DNA of 39,630 nucleotides from a virus: IMG/VR virus record IMGVR_UViG_3300045988_044422; one strand, 5' to 3'. Shown piece by piece: positions 32,345 to 39,630 of this stretch (position 1 is its first letter; each line of letters starts with the position of its first letter). The notes under the pieces were generated by a model. It saw only the letters and a program-made list of their open reading frames with translations, ran no database searches and was not told where the DNA came from. The position numbers and the translations under genes were made by a program.

Positions 32345-32776
32345 ATGAAAGTGACCTTTGAATTTGAAGGACTGAAAGAGATTCAACAACAGCTGGAAGC
32401 ACTTGCGAGTGATTCAGAAATCAGAAAGACAAACAAGCAAATCTTCCAGAAGTCTGTTGATTATACAGAGCCGCGAATGAAGGCGGTTATGGCAAGGTCA
32501 GCAGACAATTCAAAGTCAGGAAAGAAGGGATACAGACCTTCTGGACACGCTGCGGATAATATCCCCACGAAAGCGACAACAAAAGGCGGCGAAGTCGGCT
32601 GGACGCTTCTAGGAGATGCTGAAAATTGGTTTTATATGAAATTTGTAGAGTGGGGGACAACGAAACAGCCCCCACAAGACTTCCTTTACAACACAATGGA
32701 AGAATGCCGCGGACAGTGGGACACGATAGCGGATCAGGAATATCAGAAGTTATTGAATGAAAAGCTGGGAGGATGA
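32345..32776 (+). CDS. HK97 gp10-like tail-component protein
   Basis: The MKVTFEFEGLKEIQQQLEAL start is typical of the family. AAGGGAGGG RBS. ATG 32345 is preferred over GTG 32312. Confidence 0.55.
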   Translation: MKVTFEFEGLKEIQQQLEALASDSEIRKTNKQIFQKSVDYTEPRMKAVMARSADNSKSGKKGYRPSGHAADNIPTKATTKGGEVGWTLLGDAENWFYMKFVEWGTTKQPPQDFLYNTMEECRGQWDTIADQEYQKLLNEKLGG

Positions 32777-32779
32777 CAC

Positions 32780-33142
32780 ATGGACATTGTGAAGAAGACA
32801 CTGGATGCGCTTGCAGTGCTGGAAGCAGAAGGAATCACAGTGCAGCAGGGCTGGTATGACGCAGACATCAAGGGACTGCATGTGACTGTGTGGAATCTGG
32901 GGGACTACGGCGGCGAACATTCGGACGATGACGAAGAAGTCGAGATTGCAGCAGTGCAAGTGTGCATCTGGTCAAGCACAGATCAAATCAGGTTAAAAAA
33001 GAGAATCAAGCGACTTATGAAAAAGGCAGGATTCGCATTCATGGGCGCAAATGACAATCTTGAAACAGATACAAAAATATTTATGAATGCCGCAAGGTTC
33101 ATGGCGGCAGAAGAAGCAGAACAGGAGGATGAAGAAGAATGA
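32780..33142 (+). CDS. Tail completion/terminator-like protein
   Basis: Called from position only, between the gp10-like and major tail genes. Confidence 0.4.
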   Translation: MDIVKKTLDALAVLEAEGITVQQGWYDADIKGLHVTVWNLGDYGGEHSDDDEEVEIAAVQVCIWSSTDQIRLKKRIKRLMKKAGFAFMGANDNLETDTKIFMNAARFMAAEEAEQEDEEE

Positions 33143-33753
33143 GTGAAGCAGGAAAGCAGCAGATCATCAGATCAAGAACAAAGTCGTTTCGTGACATTTA
33201 TGTCGCACCAGTAACACAGAACGATGCGACAGCATACGCAGCAGGCACACCAGTCAAACTTGCGCGTGCCATTTCAGGAAAAGTGTCTGATAAATTCAGT
33301 GTTGAAAAAATTTACAGCGATGATGGAGTGGAAGACACAGTTGAAACCTACGAAGGAACAGACGTGGAGTTTGAAGTTAATTCACTTGCACCGCAGGACA
33401 AAGCAATGCTGTTCGGTCATTTATACAAGAATGGCTGGCTTGTAAAAAACAAGGACGACAAAGCACCTGAAGTCGCTGTCGGATATAGAGCAAAGAAGCT
33501 GAATGGCAAATATGAATTTGTATGGCTTTATGTCGGAACATTCGGACAGGGATATGACGACAACTATCAGACACAGGAAGATAAAGTCACAACACAGACA
33601 GCAACACTGAAGGGCAGCTTTTACGAACGCGCATGTGACGGAAACTTTGAAACACAGGTTGATGAAAGCAACCTTCTGGCAGAACACACGGACGCAGCGA
33701 CAGCGATCAAAAACTGGTTTGGAAAAGTACAAGAGCCGACAGAAGCAGCTTAA
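33139..33753 (+). CDS. Major tail protein
   Basis: Position upstream of the G/GT chaperone and tape measure genes. 204 aa. phi13-family-like sequence (FRDIYVAPV...GTDVEFEVNSL...). Confidence 0.7.
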   Translation: MSEAGKQQIIRSRTKSFRDIYVAPVTQNDATAYAAGTPVKLARAISGKVSDKFSVEKIYSDDGVEDTVETYEGTDVEFEVNSLAPQDKAMLFGHLYKNGWLVKNKDDKAPEVAVGYRAKKLNGKYEFVWLYVGTFGQGYDDNYQTQEDKVTTQTATLKGSFYERACDGNFETQVDESNLLAEHTDAATAIKNWFGKVQEPTEAA

Positions 33754-33776
33754 AAGAACAATAGGAGGGCAAACAC

Positions 33777-34106
33777 ATGAAACATGAAGTAATTATCAAC
33801 AACAAAAAGTATGAAATGCCGAAGATGGATGTTGACACATACATGGAATACCTTGAGATCAGGGACGACATCATGGGAACTGAAAAGAAGAACGGACTGT
33901 ATACAGCCGCGCAGTTCCGAAAGATGATGGACTGCATCTGCATGGTATACGGCAACCAGTTCACTGTTGACGAGTTGAAGGACAAGGACACAGGACTGGG
34001 CGTGGCTGCAATTATCATGGAATTTGCGTCAATAGAAACATCATTAGGCGATGAGGTCAACGCAAAGGTCGAGAAGTTACAAGAAAATTTTTCAAATGGC
34101 AAATAA
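33777..34106 (+). CDS. Tail assembly chaperone G
   Basis: 109-aa ORF between the major tail and tape measure genes. A slippery heptamer lies near its 3' end. Confidence 0.75.
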   Translation: MKHEVIINNKKYEMPKMDVDTYMEYLEIRDDIMGTEKKNGLYTAAQFRKMMDCICMVYGNQFTVDELKDKDTGLGVAAIIMEFASIETSLGDEVNAKVEKLQENFSNGK

Positions 34107-34630
34107 TACCCGAACTGACACTGATCTGCAATGAAAAAGAATACATATGCGCATCAGTGTCGGTTGAAAAGTACAGAGCATACACAGAACTAATGGAAAA
34201 GAATGGCGGCGATGATGTTGCATCGGCTTTTCAGTTCAATGCGGCAATTATGAAAATGGTCTTCGGAATATCCGAAAGGGAAGTGCTGAAGGCAGATGTC
34301 GCAGAACAGCTGGCAGCAGCAAAGATGATTCATTTTGTGATGCAGGACATCATCACGCAAAAATTCCTTGAATTAAACCCGAACAGACCAGAGGAAGTCG
34401 AGAAGGAAAAGTCGGCATTCGATGAATACGATGAAGAAAACGGATACAACGAAGCTGAAAATCAGCTTGACGATGAAAACATCTGGAAAGTATGCCGCGA
34501 CAATGTGGACAGGGTTGTGAAATTGTGTATAAAAGGGCTGAACGATTCACTTTCAAATGTTATGAAGTCGGATATTATGAGCCTTTTGGATCATGTGGCG
34601 TTCGAGATCAAGACCATCAACGAGAAGTGA
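33777..34630 (+). CDS. Tail assembly chaperone GT (-1 frameshift fusion product)
   Basis: The -1 frame is open from 34091 through ORF 34157..34630 (phase 2 versus phase 0). That ORF has no RBS or ATG of its own. Confidence 0.7.
34085..34091 (+). promoter_or_regulatory. Programmed -1 ribosomal frameshift slippery site A AAT TTT
   Basis: Canonical X XXY YYZ heptamer in the zero frame (gaA AAT TTT tca), 15 nt before the G stop. Confidence 0.65.
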
Positions 34631-34648
34631 TGAAAGGAACGTGCATAT

Positions 34649-37600
34649 ATGGCGCAGGCATCAATCAAGATCGGTGCTTCAATGTCAGAATATCAGGCAG
34701 CAATGAAGGCGGCGGTCGCAAGTATGAAGCAGCTGTCGTCAGAATACAGCCTTGCTGCGGCAAATGCAAAGCTGTACGGCACGAAATCTGACGCGTTAAA
34801 GGCAAAGATCAGCGAACTTACACAGAAAATGGATGTCCAGAAGACGAAAGTCGAGGACTGCAAGTCACATTATGAAACACTTACAACCAGACTGGACAAC
34901 AACAAGAAAAAAAGCGAAGAACTGAAGGCGAAAGTCGCAGAACTGTCAAAAGCATATGAAGAAAGCAAGGAAGCGACTGGCGAAAATTCAGAGGAAACAA
35001 AGAAATTAAAAACAGAGCTGGACAAAGCAGAAAAGCAGCTGGCAACAACAGAAGCACAAACAACGAAGTATGAAGCAGCAGTGAAGAAACAGGGCGCAGC
35101 AGTCACACAGGCTGAAGCTGACCTTGCGAACATGGAAGTGCAGCTTCGTGATGTCAATGCGGAACTTGCACGCCAGAAGTTCGATGAATACGCGGAAAAG
35201 GCTGGAAAAGTCGGACAGGCAGTGCAGACAGCAGGGCAGCACATGATGAAGGTCACAACCGCGATCGGCGGCGTGGCAGCGGCATCAGTAACAGTTGCAG
35301 CAAACTTTGAACAGCAAATGTCAAAAGTGCAGGCAATCAGCGGAGCAACAGCAGAGGACACAGACAGGCTGACAGAATCGGCGCGTCAGTGGGGGCGTGA
35401 TACAAAGTATTCAGCAACCGAAGCAGGCGAAGCGTTTGAATATATGGCACTTGCTGGCTGGAAGACAGATGACATGCTGGAAGGCATCGGCGGCATCCTG
35501 AATCTTGCAGCAGCATCGGCGATGGACTTGGGAACAGCTTCAGACATCGTCACAGACTACTTGACAGCGTTCGGACTATCGGCGAAGGACGCTGGAAAAT
35601 TCGCAGATGAAATGGCTTACGCAATGAGCCATTCAAACACAACAACCGAAGCACTTGGCGAAGCATACAAGAACTGCGCTGCGACAGCGGCTTCAATGGG
35701 CTATTCGGTAGAAGAAACAACAGCAGTATTGATGACAATGGCGAACGCTGGTGTGAAGGGCGGAGAAGCAGGAACAGCCCTGAACGCTATTATGACCAGA
35801 CTTGCGACAGACACAAAAGGATGCGCAACGGAATTGTCGAAGTACGGCGTTGAAGTGTACGATGCGCAGGGCAACATGAACAGCTTGTCAAGTATTCTGA
35901 CAGGCGTGCGTGGAGTATGGAACAACCTGACAGACGAACAGCAAGCGAACCTTGCAAAGACAATCGCAGGAACGAACCAGTTCAGTGCATTGCAGACGAT
36001 CATGTCAGGACTGTCAGACGAAGCGATTGCATCGGGAATGTCCTTCAGCGATTATTCTGAAGCACTTCAGAACTGCGATGGAACAGCTTCAGACATGGCG
36101 GCAACAATGCAAGACAACCTTCTGGGAAGACTGACACAGTTGAAGTCAAAGCTGGAAGATGTCGGAATCACAATCGGCAACTCACTTATGCCATTCATGG
36201 AAAAGGCAGTGGCAAAGATTGGAGAACTTGCGGACAAGTTCGCAGCATTAAGTCCACAGCAGCAAGAAACGATCCTGAAGATTGCAGGTGTTGTGGCTGC
36301 GATCGGACCTTTGCTGATAACAGTCGGAAAACTGATTGAAGCATCAGGAACAGTGTCAAAAGGCATCGGAAAAGTTGTCGGAAAGCTGGCTGAAATGGGA
36401 ACAACAGCAGGCGGCGCAACAGGCGGCATGTCTGTATTAAAAGGCGCACTTGCAGCGATCACATCGCCAGTCGGAATTGCAATAGCAGCAATCGCAGGAA
36501 TCACAGCAGTAGTTGTGACACTGTGGAAGACGAATGAAGACTTCAGAAACAAGATCACGGAAATCTGGAACAGGATCAAGTCGGTGTTCACAGAGTTCGG
36601 ACAGCACATAACCGACAAACTCAATTCGCTGGGCTTCGATTTTAAAAACTTCGGGGAAGTGGTCAAGGCAATCTGGGAAGGCTTCTGCAATGTATTAGCA
36701 CCTATCATCGAAGGAGTGTTCAATAATATTGCAATCTTCATTGAAACAACACTGAATGTAATCACAGGCGTGTTCGACTTCTTCGTGTCATTATTCACAG
36801 GCGACTGGCAGGGATGTTGGGACGCGGTGAAAAGCATATTTGAAAGCGTGTGGAATGGGCTGAAGGAATATATCGGCAACATTCTGAACACAATTAAAGG
36901 CGTTGTTGACGCATTTCTGGGCTTGTTTGGAACGTCATGGGACGAAGTGTGGAACAGTATCAAGACAACTTTTGAAAACATCTGGAATGGCATTGTGTCG
37001 TTCTTTTCTGGCATACTTAACGGAATAGTGAACACAGTCACGACAGTGTGGACAGCGATCAGCACGACAATTTCAGATGTACTGACAGGCATCTGGAACA
37101 CCTTCAGCAATATATTCACGACAATCAGGGACTTTGTATCAACAGTCTTTGAAACGATCAAGAATGTGATCACAGTTGCGATCATGGCGATTGCAGAATT
37201 TTTCAGCGCAGCTTTTCAGATAATCACAGCACCATTCCGATTCATCTGGGAGAACTGCAAAGATACGATCATAACAGTATGGGATGCAATCAAAGAAAAG
37301 ATAAACACAGTCATCACAGCAGTGCAGAACATCATCACGACAGTGTGGAACGCGGTCAGCAGTGTATTTTCGACAGTCTGGAATGCAATCAGCGGCGTGA
37401 TCACGACAGCCTGGAACGCAATCAGTACAAGAATACAGACAACATTGCAGACGATCCAGAACATCATCACGACAGTGTGGAACGCGGTCAGCAGTGTGTT
37501 TTCGACAGTCTGGAATGCAATCAGCACGACAGTGTCAACAATCGTGAACAACATCAAGAACACGATCACGACAGCGTTCAATGCGGTCAAGACGACTGTC

Positions 37601-38248
37601 AGCAACATATTCAACAGCGTGAAGTCAACAGTGTCTTCAGTCTGGAATGCAATCAGTAGCACGATCAGCAGTGTTGTGAATGGAATCAAGAACACAGTCA
37701 GCAATGTATTCAACAGTGTGAAGTCAACAGTCAGCAATGTATTCAACAGCATCAAGTCAACGGCAACATCAGTCTGGAACGCGATCAAGAATGCAATCAC
37801 GACACCGATCAACGCTGCGAAGAATGCAGTGCATAATGCAATCGAAGCGATCAAGTCGAAGTTCAACTTCAGCTGGTCACTTCCGAAGCTGAAATTGCCG
37901 CACCCGAAGATCACAGGTAGCTTCAGCCTGAATCCACCTTCAGTGCCACATTTTTCGATAGATTGGTACAAGAATGGTGCGATTATGAATGATTCAATGA
38001 TCTTCGGAATGAACGGAAACACGCTGCTTGCTGGTGGAGAACCAGAAACAGGCGGCGAAGCGATCCTTCCGCTGAAGCCATTTTATCAGGAATTAAACAC
38101 AATGCTTGATGAAAAGCTGAAAAAGATTGAATCAGGAACAAACGTGAAAGTTGAAAACCACACATATATTGACGGCGAAGAAATTGCAAGCAAAACATAC
38201 ACGAAGGTGGATGAACAGCTTGTGGAAGATAAAAGGAAAGGAAGGTGA
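34649..38248 (+). CDS. Tail tape measure protein
   Basis: 1199 aa. Coiled-coil N-terminus, TP901-type core (AISGAT...LGEAYKN...), hydrophobic segments, and long arrays of WNAIS-type repeats. Confidence 0.9.
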   Translation: MAQASIKIGASMSEYQAAMKAAVASMKQLSSEYSLAAANAKLYGTKSDALKAKISELTQKMDVQKTKVEDCKSHYETLTTRLDNNKKKSEELKAKVAELSKAYEESKEATGENSEETKKLKTELDKAEKQLATTEAQTTKYEAAVKKQGAAVTQAEADLANMEVQLRDVNAELARQKFDEYAEKAGKVGQAVQTAGQHMMKVTTAIGGVAAASVTVAANFEQQMSKVQAISGATAEDTDRLTESARQWGRDTKYSATEAGEAFEYMALAGWKTDDMLEGIGGILNLAAASAMDLGTASDIVTDYLTAFGLSAKDAGKFADEMAYAMSHSNTTTEALGEAYKNCAATAASMGYSVEETTAVLMTMANAGVKGGEAGTALNAIMTRLATDTKGCATELSKYGVEVYDAQGNMNSLSSILTGVRGVWNNLTDEQQANLAKTIAGTNQFSALQTIMSGLSDEAIASGMSFSDYSEALQNCDGTASDMAATMQDNLLGRLTQLKSKLEDVGITIGNSLMPFMEKAVAKIGELADKFAALSPQQQETILKIAGVVAAIGPLLITVGKLIEASGTVSKGIGKVVGKLAEMGTTAGGATGGMSVLKGALAAITSPVGIAIAAIAGITAVVVTLWKTNEDFRNKITEIWNRIKSVFTEFGQHITDKLNSLGFDFKNFGEVVKAIWEGFCNVLAPIIEGVFNNIAIFIETTLNVITGVFDFFVSLFTGDWQGCWDAVKSIFESVWNGLKEYIGNILNTIKGVVDAFLGLFGTSWDEVWNSIKTTFENIWNGIVSFFSGILNGIVNTVTTVWTAISTTISDVLTGIWNTFSNIFTTIRDFVSTVFETIKNVITVAIMAIAEFFSAAFQIITAPFRFIWENCKDTIITVWDAIKEKINTVITAVQNIITTVWNAVSSVFSTVWNAISGVITTAWNAISTRIQTTLQTIQNIITTVWNAVSSVFSTVWNAISTTVSTIVNNIKNTITTAFNAVKTTVSNIFNSVKSTVSSVWNAISSTISSVVNGIKNTVSNVFNSVKSTVSNVFNSIKSTATSVWNAIKNAITTPINAAKNAVHNAIEAIKSKFNFSWSLPKLKLPHPKITGSFSLNPPSVPHFSIDWYKNGAIMNDSMIFGMNGNTLLAGGEPETGGEAILPLKPFYQELNTMLDEKLKKIESGTNVKVENHTYIDGEEIASKTYTKVDEQLVEDKRKGR
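37325..37525 (+). repeat. 69-bp near-perfect direct repeat (37325-37393 and 37457-37525, 1 mismatch) within the tape-measure repeat array
   Basis: CAGAACATCATCACGACAGTGTGGAACGCGGTCAGCAGTGT(A/G)TTTTCGACAGTCTGGAATGCAATCAGC occurs twice, 132 bp apart. Confidence 0.9.
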
Positions 38249-38254
38249 GGCAGT

Positions 38255-38950
38255 ATGAAAGTTAATGGTATAGACGCAAGAAAATACAATGCGAAGCAGC
38301 TGACAGCCGAAGTGCTGCCGCCTTCGCTTGCTGTCAATTATGAGATCGTGACAGGCGCGATCCTTCCGACAGAATTTGAAACAGACATGGAACTGGGAAA
38401 ACTGAAGCTGTGCATGTACTTCAGGGGCAAGGATAGAAACAGCCTGATCAGGAAGATGTCAGCATTTCTGGAAAACTTCACAAAGTCAAGCGTGCTGGAA
38501 GTGGATGGCTACAAAGGAAAGTTCAAGGCATACACAGCAAGCAGCGACTATTCAAAAATGAAAGTGAAAACCAGATACAAGCTGAACATCGTTCTTGAAG
38601 GCTATTTTTTTGATGATGAATTAAATCTGGAATATGACGGAATCACACAGACAACGATTGATCGACAAGGGACACGAAAAGCACCAGCGATCATTGAAGT
38701 CTATGCGAAGAAGGCGTTGAAGAATTATAAAATCAGCGGATTTGAAGACGACATCATCGTGGAACAGCTGGCAGCAGGGCAGACGATCATCATTGACGGA
38801 GAAGAAGGACGCATCACGAACAATGGCGCGGACGCATTCGGAAGTGTTGACTTGTGGAAGTTCCCAGCAATCGCGCAGCAGCAAACAGCCCTGAAGTTTT
38901 CAAACGCAGATGCAGTCGTTCGGATCAGGTACAAGCCTATGTGGATATAA
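38255..38950 (+). CDS. Distal tail protein (Dit)
   Basis: 231-aa ORF directly after the tape measure gene and before Tal. The call rests mainly on synteny. Confidence 0.6.
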   Translation: MKVNGIDARKYNAKQLTAEVLPPSLAVNYEIVTGAILPTEFETDMELGKLKLCMYFRGKDRNSLIRKMSAFLENFTKSSVLEVDGYKGKFKAYTASSDYSKMKVKTRYKLNIVLEGYFFDDELNLEYDGITQTTIDRQGTRKAPAIIEVYAKKALKNYKISGFEDDIIVEQLAAGQTIIIDGEEGRITNNGADAFGSVDLWKFPAIAQQQTALKFSNADAVVRIRYKPMWI

Positions 38951-38962
38951 GGAGGAAGACGG

Positions 38963-39630
38963 ATGCAGATTTTTAACGACAAAAAGCAGCGTGTCGGAAT
39001 CCTGAAGGGCTTCAAAGATCGCAAGATCGTGAAGACGCTTAATTCTGGCGACAGGGAACTGTCTTTCAAATATCCTTCAGATGGAGAAAAGGTTGACCAA
39101 CTGAAGGAAGAATATTACATCAGGACAAAAGATGATGAATATGTAATCAGGAAAAAGAAGACAGGTGCGCAGTTTAATGAGTACACAGCGCAGTTGAATG
39201 TCGAAGAACTTGAAGGCGCAGTCTTCCCATACGGCTTTGAAAGTAAGGAACAGACGATCAGGGCATGTCTTGAATTTGCTTTTGAAGGAACAGGCTGGAA
39301 GGTTGGCGTGTGCCAGATCACGAAGAAAAGGACGATCAACAAGGATGAAGAAACAAACGCATGGGATGTCCTTCAAGACTGCTTGTCAACATACCGCGTT
39401 GAATGCAAGATCAGAAGCCTTGAAAAGACGATTGATATATACGAACAGATCGGAGCAGACCGCGGACGATATTTCATCGAAGGACTGAACCTGAAGAAGC
39501 TGACAGTGACTTCAGACACATATGATTTTTATACAAGGCTGATCCCACTTGGTAAAGATGGAATCGGAATCGAATGGCTTGGCAAGCCGTATCTTGAAAA
39601 TTATCAATACAGCAGCAAGGTCAAGACATA
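38963..39630 (+). CDS. Tail-associated protein (Tal), N-terminal part; continues through the circular junction into 1..1672
   Basis: AAGGAGG RBS, ATG 38963, no stop to the window end. MQIFNDKKQRVGILKGF...ELSFKYPSDG...YYIRTKDDEYVIRKK is typical of phage minor structural protein N-terminal regions. It is absent from the ORF track because the frame is open-ended. Confidence 0.8.
   Translation, partial: MQIFNDKKQRVGILKGFKDRKIVKTLNSGDRELSFKYPSDGEKVDQLKEEYYIRTKDDEYVIRKKKTGAQFNEYTAQLNVEELEGAVFPYGFESKEQTIRACLEFAFEGTGWKVGVCQITKKRTINKDEETNAWDVLQDCLSTYRVECKIRSLEKTIDIYEQIGADRGRYFIEGLNLKKLTVTSDTYDFYTRLIPLGKDGIGIEWLGKPYLENYQYSSKVKT
39490..39630. repeat. Terminal overlap copy 2 (identical to 1-141)
   Basis: See 1-141. 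Confidence 0.95.

Larger units (their letters stand above)
1..39630 (+). mobile_element. Complete circularly closed temperate siphovirus-like phage genome (unit 39,489 bp plus 141-bp assembly overlap)
   Basis: Exact repeat 1-141 = 39490-39630. Full set of packaging, head, tail, lysis, lysogeny and replication modules. A structural gene spans the junction in phase. Confidence 0.85.

Noticed and set aside
36067-37185. Long - strand ORFs (372 aa here; also 37216-38022, 23975-24862, 23857-24555, 29289-30041, 4264-4878, 2772-3392, 9656-10165 and others) antisense to + strand genes.
   Set aside because: They lie entirely inside well-supported + strand genes, lack RBSs and have low-complexity Ser/Phe/Cys/Leu-rich translations. 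They are shadow frames produced by the strong purine bias of the coding strand.
39198-39488. A 96-aa + strand ORF near the window end.
   Set aside because: It is out of frame and lies inside the Tal gene (38963 onward), which has an RBS, a family-typical N-terminus and continuity across the junction.

Overview
The window is a complete temperate siphovirus-type phage genome. Positions 1-141 are repeated exactly at 39490-39630, so the unit genome is 39,489 bp and circularly closed. The tail gene that opens at 38963 runs through the junction into ORF 17..1672. Nearly all genes are on the + strand and have GGAGG-type RBSs, which suggests a Firmicutes-like host.

Gene order around the circle:
- tail tip and fibres (1-4746)
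- a diversity-generating retroelement (3490-6453)
- XkdX-like gene and lysis cassette (6332-9950)
- lysogeny module, partly on the - strand (10110-13296): large serine integrase, small XRE regulator, membrane-anchored DEDDh exonuclease, CI-like repressor
- divergent switch promoters with a 10-bp operator-like repeat (13336-13437)
- early/replication module (13739-25013) that resembles a plasmid or ICE more than a phage: HUH rolling-circle Rep, membrane-anchored lytic transglycosylase, VRR-NUC, ParA, ParB-ASCH fusion, MazF/PemK toxin, SSB, sigma-like regulator
- terminator plus an iterated TATATAAGGGGCAT motif (25141-25324)
- HK97-style late operon (25391-38950): HNH, TerS, TerL, portal, ClpP protease, capsid, connectors, major tail, G/GT chaperone with a -1 frameshift, tape measure, Dit

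The main result is the DGR, which the ORF track cannot show. A 108-bp template repeat (TR 4843-4950) and variable repeat (VR 4608-4715) differ at 8 positions, 7 of them TR adenines. The VR lies at the C-terminus of a 418-aa fibre-module protein, and a DGR-type reverse transcriptase follows. No recognisable Avd accessory gene is present.

Secondary candidates:
- a repressor-cotranscribed membrane exonuclease that may be a prophage defence gene
- a MazF-like toxin with no obvious antitoxin and an internal G8 tract
- an ART-like early protein
- an integrase RBS sequestered in a terminator-like hairpin

No tRNA, rRNA or CRISPR array was seen. All functional calls rest on motifs read by eye and on synteny. 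No database search was run.
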